Source: Chrysomallon squamiferum (Eukaryota > Animalia > Mollusca). From it: DNA of 64,000 nucleotides. This document shows, in pieces, positions 12,295-23,479 of this stretch. Both the position numbers and the translations under genes were made by a program. Below the pieces are notes generated by a model. The model worked only from the letters and a program-made list of their open reading frames with translations, ran no database searches and was not told where the DNA came from. The first letter of the stretch is position 1; each line of letters starts with the position of its first letter. The DNA is taken from assembly GCA_012295275.1 (NCBI GenBank), contig CM022675.1, positions 12,090,001 to 12,154,000 on the forward strand. The letters run 5' to 3'.

Positions 12295-15200
12295 TTTATT
12301 TTTATTTTTAATTTTTATTTTTTATATTTTATTTCAGATCTCATACCTCATGTTCCTCATGTTATACAGCTACATTTTACTTGTCGAGTTCAGAAGTACT
12401 TTTTCTCTGTTCGAAGCCATTCTCATTGGCTGGGTTTTCACGATCTTCACTGAAGAAATAAGACAGGTGTTTATGGGAAGTGCAACCTCACTGCGATCGA
12501 AAATGGCTTCGTACTTCACAGATTCCTGGAACATTCTAGACGTCATAACAATTGTTCTTTTCACATTAGGAATGGTCTTGCGCTTCATCCCTGGTGAAAA
12601 CTTTCTCGAAGCAGCGAGGGTGGTTCTGGCTCTGAATCTCGTGTCTTTCTTTCTGCGTATCCTGCACATTTTCTCAGTGAACAAACAGCTAGGACCAAAG
12701 CTTGTCATGATAAAAAGAATGGTAAGAAAGTCACTGTCATCGTCAAACATTTAATTTATTATTTCGTTCATTGATAAATTCACATATATTTTTTTTTTTT
12801 CCCATTACTAATTCATTCATTCGTTGCTTCTTTCATTAATTCAGTAATTTTTTTCATTATGAGTTAATTAATTCATTCATTCACTCGTTCATTCACTAAC
12901 TCTGTTTGTTTTTCAGCTGGAAGATCTCTTGTCCTTTGTCATAATTCTCATGGTGTTTATCCTGGCATATGCAATTGCTTCAGAGGCCATTTTGTATCCA
13001 AACGCTCCTTTTGACTCATACTTGCTTTTCTACACAATTCGCAAAGCCTACTGGACAGTATATGGAGAACTCTTTTTGCAAGAACTGGAAGCCTCAATTG
13101 GTAAGAAAATTCATTTTTCATCTTTCCACTATTTGACATAAGCACTACAATCTTCTGACACAAATGAAAACTATGGTAGAAGTATCTACCTAGGCATCGT
13201 ACTGAATTGTTTTAAATATTATACCAGACACAAGAGATAGATACATTTCATTTTTGTCGTAATGGAATACCAGAGTTTATATATATATATATAACAGCTA
13301 AAAAGGTTACCATAGGTAGGGAAAAAATCATAAGAGTGGTCAGTATAACAATTATTGAAGGTATTTGAGAGGTTAAATTACATTCTTATTGTGCTATTAG
13401 TTATATCTATTAAATACAATGAGTTTTTGCTTGCACTGATTTTGACATAATTATGTGAAGAAATTTATCTCTTGGTTGGATGAAATAAATACAAAGGGAT
13501 GCGACTCTACCTTGATGAATTTAGTTATTAACTGCAGTACACTATACCTATACTCAAACTATTAATAAATGAGAACAGTGATATGGATAAATAACAAATA
13601 CATCATACTGTTCACCATGCATGTATGTAAGGGATTTCACAACAATAATAATGGGAATTGTAAACTTGATAAACCTGTGGTAACCTGTAGGTTACCAGGT
13701 CCTATTTTGTGGTAACCTCTAAATGGGTTACCAGACATGATTCTTATTTCAATGCCTGTTACAGCAAACATGTTGATACAGAACTCTTATACTGAACTAC
13801 TGCAGCTTATCTGTTCATAAATTTCAGGTAATCTTTTTATGCTACAAGTAATGTTTTGATATACTGCAGCTAATCTTTTGATATAATACAGCAGATCTGT
13901 TCATATATTACAGCTAACGTGTTGATATAATACAGCTAATGTGTTGATATATTGCATCTAATGTGTTGATATATTGCATCTAATGTGTTGATATATTGCA
14001 GCTAATGTGTTGATATATTACAGCTCATGTGTTGATACATTGCATCTTATGTGTTTACATATTACAGCTAATATTTTGATATTAGATATTAAACAATATA
14101 ACTAAGAATATGTTACAGCAAATCTGTTAATATTATTACAGCAAACAAGTTGATATATTGCAGCTGTGTTGCTATATCCCAGATAATTCATATATTATAG
14201 GTAATACGATGATTTTTCACAACTAATGTCTTGATTATATTACTTCTAACATATTACTTTATTACATCTAATGTGTTGATATATTACAGCAAATGTGCTA
14301 ATGTATTGATATATCACAGCTAATGTGCTGATATATTACAGCTAATATGTTGATAGTAGATACCAAAAATACGACTAAAGTATATAGTTAATGTTTTGAT
14401 ACATTGTAGCCAATGTTCTGATATATTGCAGCTTATGAGTTGATATTAGATATTAAAGATAAAACCTAAGATATGTTATAGCAAATATGTTGACATATGA
14501 CAGCTAACATGTTGATATATAACTGCTAATGTGTTGATATATGACAGCTTATGTATTGATATATTACAGTTCATGTGTAAATATATTACAGCTAATGTGT
14601 TGATATATTACAGCTAATGTATTGATATTTTACAGTTCATGTGTAAATATATTACAGCTGTGTTGATATATTACAGTTCATGTGTAAATATATTACAGCT
14701 AATGTGTTGATATATTACAGTTTATGTGTAAATATCTTACAGCTAATGTATAAAAATATCTTACAGCTAATAACGACTGCACAAATGACCCAGCTCTCTT
14801 TGCTGACCACAAGAGTCTGAGATGTCCATCTGAAGTTGGGAAATACCTTGTACCAGTACTGATGGGAATCTACATCTTGCTCACTAATGTCCTCCTGCTC
14901 AATCTACTCATTGCTATGTTCAGGTTAGTTGAAATCAGATATCTGTTTTTGCATCAGTAGCTATATTGTAATGTCTAGATGATTTATATCATCGTATTGT
15001 ATATCATGAAGTCAAAAATATTATAATTATTATATCATGAAATTAAATGTGTATTGTTGTATCATGAAGGTATATATATATGTATATATATATATAGGAA
15101 GCTACACTCTGTATTATCATATCTCATAGTATGATATGAAAATAAATATTTATTGGCATATTGTAAAGTCAGATATTTATTTTTATATTAAATTATATTG

Positions 15201-16082
15201 TTATATCATTTAAATAGTATTATTATGTCATGGAGTCAAATATCTATTGTTATATCACAGAGTTAAATATTTGTATGTCATGAAGTCAGATCCTTTTTTG
15301 TTATTTCATGACATGTATTAACCTATAAAACATTCTATATTTAATTAAGGTTTTATTCATAACTGAAATGTGAAGTATAAAAAGTTCAGTATTTAATTTC
15401 TTTAAAACTTTTCTTCTTAAATCACAAAAGTAAGTAATAACATAGACAATAATATACTTAGCATCATCATATTATAACATATATATATATATATATAATA
15501 CACTATATAATCTATCCCATATATTACAATGCATGTAATACACCACATATCCTCTCCCAAATAGTGTAACCCTCATTATTAGATCATATATCCTGTCCAG
15601 CTATTTGTAATGCATATATTAGACTATCTGTTATATCCCAAAATATTGCAAAACCAGTATGTTGGAGCACACATATATATATAGCACCATGCATTCTATC
15701 CCATGTGTTATATACATTAAACCATATATTCTGTCCTTACAGATTTCAACACATTTTTAATGCCAAATGTTTTGTCCCAGAATACTGTAATATGCATATT
15801 TGACATTAACCTGAACAAGATAAAGCTGGTATTTCAAAAAAGTATCCAGTTAATTCATTTATCCTGCAGTGCTAAATAAGACACAAATTAAATTAAATTA
15901 AATTAAATTAACTGTTTTATTTATTATCTTATAAGTCTGAATGGTAGTAGATTCATATGTATTGATTTCATTATTTTTATATATCAAAACAAAATCTGTT
16001 ACTTTTTTAAATGAAAATTGTTTTCAAAATGTATTTTTATGATCTAAACTGGCAATTAAGCACTAAACAAATAACTTTGAAC

Positions 16083-16162
<80 letters not shown>

Positions 16163-19100
16163 ACTACTAATTTACCAAAAGCTATATTTATTTAGTCATC
16201 ATATCTTGCCTCTGCACACAGTGATTGTAGTGTTAATGTTACATGTTTAAATAGTTTTATGATAAAAATAAACTGAATTTTTCCTAGCTAACTACTTAAA
16301 TAAAAAATTTTAAAATTACATTAAATAACATAAAATAGAAAAAATATAATAAAAATTTCAGTTATTTGTTTGAACAAATGTAACAAAACACTGAAAGTGA
16401 AACATCTGACATTTTGTTTTTCAATTCATCTCATATTAATGTATAAGAAAAAGCTTATGTTATAATATTACAAATTTATTAACAATTTTGTGGCAAAAAA
16501 ATGAACAGAATATATCTTACCTAACAGCATTGATAAATAAATAAACAAAGAAATTTCAGATATGTGTTTGAACAATGCAGCAAATCACCAGTAGTATTTG
16601 CAAATTTGTTTAATTTCACATCATATTAATGTATTCAAAAAGTTTATGTTATAATTTTTTGGTTAAAATTAAAACAAATGTTTTTTTATTTTTAGCTATA
16701 GCTAACTACATAAATAAATAAACAAATAAATAAACAAAACATTTTCAGTTATGTATTTGAGCAAATGCAACAAAACACTGATAGTATCTGGAAGTTTGTT
16801 CGACTTCATGTCATACTAGAATACTGCAGACGACCAGCTTTACCTCCTCCATTGATCATCTTCGAACATGTTAAAATGTTGTTCGCTCTCTGTTGTCACA
16901 AAAACAAATTCTACAACTCCAAGTTTAGTAAGTGGCTGCTGTTGTTGTTAATGTTCCTTAGTAACCCAGTGTCATTGTTGCGGTTGCCATTGTAGATATT
17001 TTATTATTATTATTTTTTATTTTTTCATTGTTGTCCTAATAGTGGATGTGGTAGCCATGTTTGTTTTCTTTATTGTTATGTTAATAAATGTTTGTTTTGG
17101 GGTGTTTTTTTTTTAATTGTTCTCCTAATAATTGTCCCTTTATTATGATGTGTTGCCATTGTAGCAATGTTTGTCTTCTTTTTTATTATTATTATTATTT
17201 ATTTTTTATTTTTTCTAATTGGTGGTGTCTTTGTTATGATGCAGTTGCTGTATTTCCCAAGTTTGGCTTTTATTATTAAGAACTTTTTTTTTTTTGATTA
17301 ATTGTTGATCCTAATAATGATCCTTTTGTGTATTGGCATATTTTAGTGTTTTGTTTTTGATTATAGGATAAGATTAGGCATCAATTTATGTTTATGTCTA
17401 AAGTCTTAAATAATTAATTTAATACTGAAAATCATTTAAAAAAAAAAATTAAATGCAACAAACAACACAAATAAGCAAGTAAGTAAATATGTGTTTAAGA
17501 TTTTTATTTATTTACTTTTACATGTGCAGATTTGAATTGTTTTAGTTTATTTTGTTTAATTAATTTTTTCAAGAGGTCTGAATAAATTTGTTCAGTTGAT
17601 AATATACAATATTTTACTTGTTTGTAATTTCATTTTAATTTAGTTTTTTTTTAATACTACCTTTATTTTTTTTTTTTTATTATTATTATTTTTTTTTTAA
17701 ATATATTTTTAAGAATATATATATTTCATCTTCAATAATTTTATTTTATTTATATAATAAATTCATTATAAATGCATAAAAAATGCTTTTCATTTTGATA
17801 CCAATTCTGTATATAATATATATAAAATATATATATATATATTCACACATATGAGTAATAAATAAATAAATTAATTAATTAATAAAAAAAGGGAATATTA
17901 TAGGTTTTTATGTAAGTATATCATTCATCACATCAGCTTCAAGTATGTCACAGCAACTGCTGTCATTGATTTGATGTGCAGGGTCAACCACACATACTTT
18001 CTTTCTTCTGCTTCAGATCCTTTTTCAGTTTCCTTTGTTGTTGTTGTTGTTGTTGTACATGTTCTGTTTTCACTTGTTTCGTGCTCAGCTACACTTTCCA
18101 AATGATACAAGACAAGACCAGTGACTACTGGAACTACCAGCGATTCCAGCTGGTTGTCGAATACAACTCCCGCCCGCCTCTGCCACCTCCCTTTATTGTC
18201 CTCACCCACCTCTGGCAGTTGCTCAAAGCCACTGTGTTCCGATGTTGTTGTTCCCAAACGAAACCATCCAGTGATTTGTGTGAGTTTGTAAACCTTTGTT
18301 TTTGTGTTATTGCTTAGCTACCTCTTAGTGCTTTATAAGCAGATATGCCAACTGAAAAATTAATTGCAGTGATATCAATGGTCGACGGTTTCAAGATTTT
18401 GGGTCTTCTCAAAATATTTTTTGTTATGCTTAGTGCTTTACTTAATAATATCCCTTTACCAGGCCTAAACTATTATGCATCTGACAGAAAAGAAAAGAAA
18501 AGAAAAATTAATAATAATAATAAAGAAAAAAGTAACTTATAGTCAGTCTCATTGTAATTGTTTAATGAAAGCCCTAATGTCTTGTAATTAAATTTAAAAT
18601 TGTGATACTTGGCATTTCTGCATTATAAGTAATTACAGTGATTACAAATTGTAATAGAAACTTAATGTTGTGATGTTAAATATAACCTTTCCATTGTATA
18701 ATTTGTAGTGTCTTGCTTTAAAGTTATTCAGTTATTGTAACTGATAATAAAAAGTTTATGTTGTGAGTTAAATATAACCTTTATTGTATTGTTGTAATAT
18801 CTTGCTTTAAAGTTTTTAAAATAAAATGTTTATGTTGGAATTTTTATATTTTATAAATGTAAACTGTTTCTTTGTCAGCAGTCGTAATTTTAATATTTAA
18901 TATTTAATATATTACTTTTAAAGTTAATAGTAATAATTGTTGATTTGAAATGAAGGTTATTATTATTGTCTTCTTCTTATTATTGTTGTAAAAATAATCA
19001 TTTTCAAATGTGGAGTTGATTTAAATTATTATACATCAAAATATTATCTAAGCTTTAAATTGTAATCGTATGGATGTTTTGCCAAAATGTTTATTTTATA

Positions 19101-21182
19101 TTATTATTTTTTTTAATATTTTCCAGAATTATACCATTAATATTTATGCACTTTACTTTATCTAAATTTTGAATCTTAAAATGTTTTATTCTCTTACTTT
19201 AATGTTGATTTCAATCAGGCGTAAAATTTGACAACAAGCTTGAGGAGAAACAGCTTGTCCAGTGGGAGAATGTCATAGCTGACTCCTACAGGAGTGCTGA
19301 GGAGCAGAGTGAATTTGAAAGTTTAGGAAACCAAGTCAAGATCTCCTTAAACAGGTATATCCATTGAGTTTTGTGTAGCTGTGATTCCTTTGAACCATCT
19401 AGTTTTGTATAACTCTGATTCTTTTGAACCATTGGGTTTTGTATAACTATAACTGTCATTCTTTTGAACCATTGGGCTTTGTATAACTGCGATTGTTTTG
19501 AACCATTGGGCTTTGTATAACTGATTCTTTTGAACAATCAGGTTCTGTGTAATTGATTCTTTTGAACAATCAGGTTCTGTGTAACTGATTCTTTAGAACC
19601 ATCAGGTTTTGCATAACTGATTATTTGGAACCATTTGGTTTTACATAACTGTGATTCTTTTAAACCATTGGGTTTTGTATCGCACCGATGTTTTTGAATA
19701 CTTGCAAATATGTCACTTTACTTAATTTATTTTATGTAAAGTGGATGCATGTACAATGTACAATAAATTACTTTATGAAGACTGGATGAACGTGCAATAT
19801 ACAATAATTTATTTTACATTGACTGGATGATCCTACAATGTGCAGTAATTTGTTTTGTTTAAACGTATGGTGTACAGTTATTTTTCAAAGTGTGGACACA
19901 TGTACAATGTACAATAATTTAATTAATGTAGACTGGATGCTGTAATGGCCAAGGTGGACGAACTGCAGGAAGGTCAGTCTGGTGGCCTGAATCTCTCCAT
20001 GAGCATGTCCAGACAAAGAACAAATTTAAAATTTCCATCACAGACTGAAATGAGACTTGAAAAACTTGAGGATCAGGTAACAGCATTATTTGTTTATATC
20101 TGATAGAGGTCTTCCTTTGTTGTTTTATTTAATTATTATTATTATTATTATTGTTATTATTATTATTATTTTATTTTTTTAATTTTTTTTTATTATTGTT
20201 ATTATTTTTTTTAAAGTGAAATACAAATAAAGGAGATAAAACATATCCATTTTTCTTTTGATGTTGGTTAATCAAATAGTTGGGATGAAATTATTATGTA
20301 ATATTATTTTTTACTATAATTTTATAGCAGTTTAAAACTTCATGATACTATGATCATTGAAAAGATCCATATATAATAAAAAGATTTCATTTCACATTTT
20401 TCTTTTCTCATCAGTCCTGTGTTCATATTTGTTTTGGTTTTTTTCTAAGTAATGGCCAATCACATTTTTGTTTTCTCTCCAGTACAGTTATTATTATCAG
20501 TAATGTGTGTTCACATTTTGGTGTTGTCAGATTTGACAGTTCACATTTTTGTTTCCTTGTTTCAGATGATGAACACTTACAAAGCACTGAACTGGATAAT
20601 GCAGTCTATGACAGAAAACAAAATGGGAAGCAAGCCCCCACTTTTACCAGATTTACAGAAACAACGAGACAATGGTACACTTTTAGATTTACGATTAATA
20701 TTCATAAATTAATTCAAAATGACTAGTTCCTGTAATTAATATTCATAAATTAATTGAAAATGATTAGTTCCTGTAATTAATCACATCATTTTAAATTTAA
20801 AATCTCTTAAGGAAAGGCAAACAAAAAAAACAAAAATGTTGCTAATAAATTTATTTTGTTTTTAAATTTCTTTAAATTGTTATTGTATAATAATGTCTAA
20901 AATTATCTTATTATTATGACTTTAAATACATACCAGAATGTTACTGTTTGAATGAGAATTACTGTACTTAAAAAAAGAAATTTCAACTAACTTAAGGCCT
21001 TTATTTTTCATTTATTTTGCTAATAAATTTCTTTAAATTGTTATTGTATAATAATGTCTAAAATTATCTTATTATTATGACTTTAAATACATACCTGAAT
21101 GTTACTGTTTGAATGAGAATTACTGTACTTAATAAAAGAAATTGTGAATTGTTTTAATTCATCTAACTTAAGACCTTTATTT

Positions 21183-21213
<31 letters not shown>

Positions 21214-21417
21214 TGTTCCAGAGAGAGAAGTATCTGCTTATTTTATTTTATTACAGAAATCAGCCGTACTAAATTAAATTATATAAATCTTTGTTTTTAT
21301 CATTTTTTGACTTAATTATTGTTATTATTATTATTATTATTTTTTTTTTTTGTATTCATTTTATTTCTTTATTTAATTTTAACCTGTTTGTTAAAGTTTG
21401 TTATCATGATGATGGTG

Positions 21418-21461
<44 letters not shown>

Positions 21462-21819
21462 CCTCTTTACAAAGGGTTATTGTTTTGTTGTTATTTTATT
21501 TTGATTTTTATTACTTTTTATATAATTACCTTTAAGATAATATTTAAGCATCATCTTTTGTGTCATAAAATTAATGAAAATAAAATTTAGCTTTCAAGTG
21601 AAATATAATACAGACAGTAAGTAAACAAATAATAGTAAGAAAACGGAAAAAAAAATTACAAAAACGTCTCTAAAGATTTTAATTTTATTTTATATTAATT
21701 AGGCCAGAGATGATGTAGAAGCTGCATTGTGGCAGACAATGACATCAACAATCCATCTGCATGGAGCTCACGAGAAATTCCTACGTCTCATAGCTGAGAA
21801 GCTTAATGCTCCATTTTAA
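583..21819 (+). CDS. TRPM2: TRPM2-like cation channel, copy 1 (5' exons outside window; 1-bp frameshift near 1714 is either an assembly error or pseudogenising)
   Basis: GT-AG exons in continuous phase apart from the 1714 indel: 583-746, 1581-1763, 1992-2098, 2811-2908, 3323-3525, 4026-4126, 4605-4739, 4998-5051, 5937-5954, 7927-8140, 8417-8535, 9258-9358, 10073-10298, 10777-10896, 11506-11570, 12030-12132, 12338-12721, 12917-13100, 14767-14923, [16749-16927 or 18089-18279], 19219-19354, 19932-20076, 20566-20674, 21222-21229 (or -21265), 21703-21819. TRPM motifs: GAWIITGGTNAGVMKHVGEA, LDPNHSHFILIDNG, LEGGPGTL, GSGRAAD, LALAWNRIDIA, LFIWAVL, S2 EEIRQ and S3 WNILD Ca2+ site, LGPKLVMI, pore YWTVYGELF, S6 NVLLLNLLIAMF, TRP box, coiled coil. 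The last exon resembles the NUDT9-H C-terminus. Confidence 0.9.
5937..5954 (+). CDS. 18-nt in-frame microexon of TRPM copy 1 (RKRTIK)
   Basis: tttttatttttacag|AGAAAACGAACAATCAAA|gttagt; phase 0-0 between exons 4998-5051 and 7927-8140. Confidence 0.65.
8592..9200. repeat. Composite intronic repeat: ~64-bp unit alternating with (CT)n tracts
   Basis: gcccctcatggatgtattcatattgtattattctgtctaatggtttctctcagtctgtttgtc at ~8842, ~8933 and ~9052, separated by (CT)n; an older degenerate copy at ~8600. Confidence 0.9.
13790..14771. repeat. Degenerate ~22-bp intronic minisatellite (consensus atattacagctaatgtgttgat)
   Basis: Dozens of tandem copies, e.g. 14581-14750; the last unit provides the real acceptor ttacag|ctaat at 14766/14767. 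Confidence 0.9.
14985..15800. repeat. Two further degenerate intronic minisatellites
   Basis: Recurring tattgttatatcatgaagtcaaa-like units (14985-15310) and accatatattctgtccca-like units (15480-15800). Confidence 0.6.
16270..16748 (+). pseudogene. Two decayed partial copies (pseudo-exons) of TRP-helix exon A with their acceptors
   Basis: atttcag|ttatttgtttgaacaaatgTAAcaaaacactga (16362) and atttcag|atatgtgtttgaacaatgcagcaaatcac (16560) versus the true exon attttcag|ttatgtatttgagcaaatgcaacaaaacactga (16749); ~190-200 bp period. Confidence 0.8.
16749..16927 (+). CDS. TRP-helix/TRP-box exon, variant A
   Basis: (S)YVFEQMQQNTDSIWKFVRLHVILEYCRRPALPPPLIIFEHV...; tttcag acceptor, gtaagt donor, 179 nt, phase 2 to 1. 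Confidence 0.88.
18089..18279 (+). CDS. TRP-helix/TRP-box exon, variant B
   Basis: (S)YTFQMIQDKTSDYWNYQRFQLVVEYNSRPPLPPPFIVLTHL...; ctcag acceptor, gtgagt donor, 191 nt, phase 2 to 1. Confidence 0.88.
19360..19700. repeat. ~31-33-bp intronic minisatellite
   Basis: About 10 units of tgattcttttgaaccattgggttttgtataac immediately after the donor at 19354. Confidence 0.9.
20840..21180. repeat. Near-perfect tandem duplication of ~130 bp
   Basis: aaatttctttaaattgttattgtataataatgtc...gagaattactgtacttaa at ~20864-20971 and ~21025-21132. Confidence 0.85.
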
Positions 21820-23424
21820 CTGCATTATTACGATCTATATATACTAAACATTCTATTGCTGTTTTGGGGATTTTGAGGGGGTTTTATTAATTAAAAAATC
21901 AAAAACAACAACAAAAAACAAAACCTGAATTTTGTAATATATATAAAAAAATTTAATTATTATGCAATTATACAGAAATATAATTTTACCAAAAATGTGA
22001 ATAATCAAACTTTTCCAAATTTATTTATACTGTAAATGTATGCATATATTTGCTAATTTTATGTTCTTTGTGGTTTATTAGTACATTTTAATTCACAAAC
22101 ACAGATATTTATGAGTGAAAAAACAAAAATGTATTTATCTAGTAAGGTTTTGCTCAAATTTGTTTCACCTGTGATTTTTAAATTTTGCTCATTTATTAAT
22201 TTAATGAAGTTTTTAATATATCAGTGATTATTTTTCATTTACATTTTGATAATTTTAATCATGTCAGTTCCTTAGATACACATCTTTAAATAATTGCAAT
22301 AATGTTGTTTTTTTTCTTTAACAAATGTTTAAAAAATATGTTTTTCTTGGTTTCTGTTTTATTTTTAAAATGTTTGAAAAACCATCTGAATATAATTTTA
22401 TCTTAAACCTTTTCTGGATGTAATTTTATTTTTCATTTTTCTGTGTATTTATTTTGATATATAATTTTATGTAAACTTATTTGTAGACTTTAAATTTATT
22501 ATTATTATTGTTGTTATTATCATTATTATTATTATTTATTATTATTTTTTTTATATGCAGTTTTATTTATAAAAGTTTCTGAAAGTAAATTATTTTTAAA
22601 ATTTGCGACACATACAGAAAGCCTGTGTAAGAATTGATACAGCTGTCTTTCTGAACTGAGATTTCAAATTCTGTGTTTGATTTAACTTCTTGTGTACCTG
22701 AATTTTCTCTCATTTCTAACCATTTGTACAATTTCATATTTATTTATTATTAATCCCGAGAATTTAAATTTCTAAAATTTGCTTTTGTTGTTGTTGTTTT
22801 CAGGAATTTTATTATGACACAAATCTGTTTATAGCAATAATGGGATATTTAAAAATAAGAATATATAAAAATAAAATCTCTATTTTATGTACAAATTAAT
22901 ATTTACGATTATAAAAACAAGAATACATAAAAATATCTATTTTATGTACAAATCAATATACTGTTATATGTAAATATGTGTACACAAGGTACTTGATTAT
23001 AATACATATCGTAATGATGTAAACATTATTAAAATAAGTAATAAGATGACATTACAGATTTTAATAACCTATTTAAAATCATAAAATACAAATGAACTAT
23101 GCATATGATAAAAGTTTGTCATTTTTTTTTGATGCTGTTGAACATTCCAAGTTTACTAGATGAGTATTCTGTTGTATGATTTTACATGTTAAACTTACTT
23201 AAGTAATTACATAATTAAAATGTCTTTATGTATTTTAAATCATTTTCATTTCATATAATATATAGTTATGTAGATAAATGTAAACTCTTTTTAGTTCTTT
23301 CTTCTGTATGTTCATGCAAAAATTAATTTTTGTGGTTTTATAAACTTTATTATTATTATTATCTCTTTTAATGTATGTTCAGGAATATAATACATTTTTG
23401 TAGTTAGATCTGAAGAACTTTCAG

Positions 23425-23479
<55 letters not shown>

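Noticed and set aside
12370-12750. 126-aa minus-strand ORF (and similar at 452-670, 1933-2139, 17928-18257)
   Set aside because: Antisense shadows of TRPM exons
13790-14771. CRISPR-like regular short repeats (also 19360-19700)
   Set aside because: Head-to-tail degenerate units without unique spacers, inside spliceosomal introns, with no cas genes
21230-21256. 27-nt GT-AG mini-intron between two microexons
   Set aside because: Probably too short for spliceosomal removal; treated as alternative boundaries of one small exon
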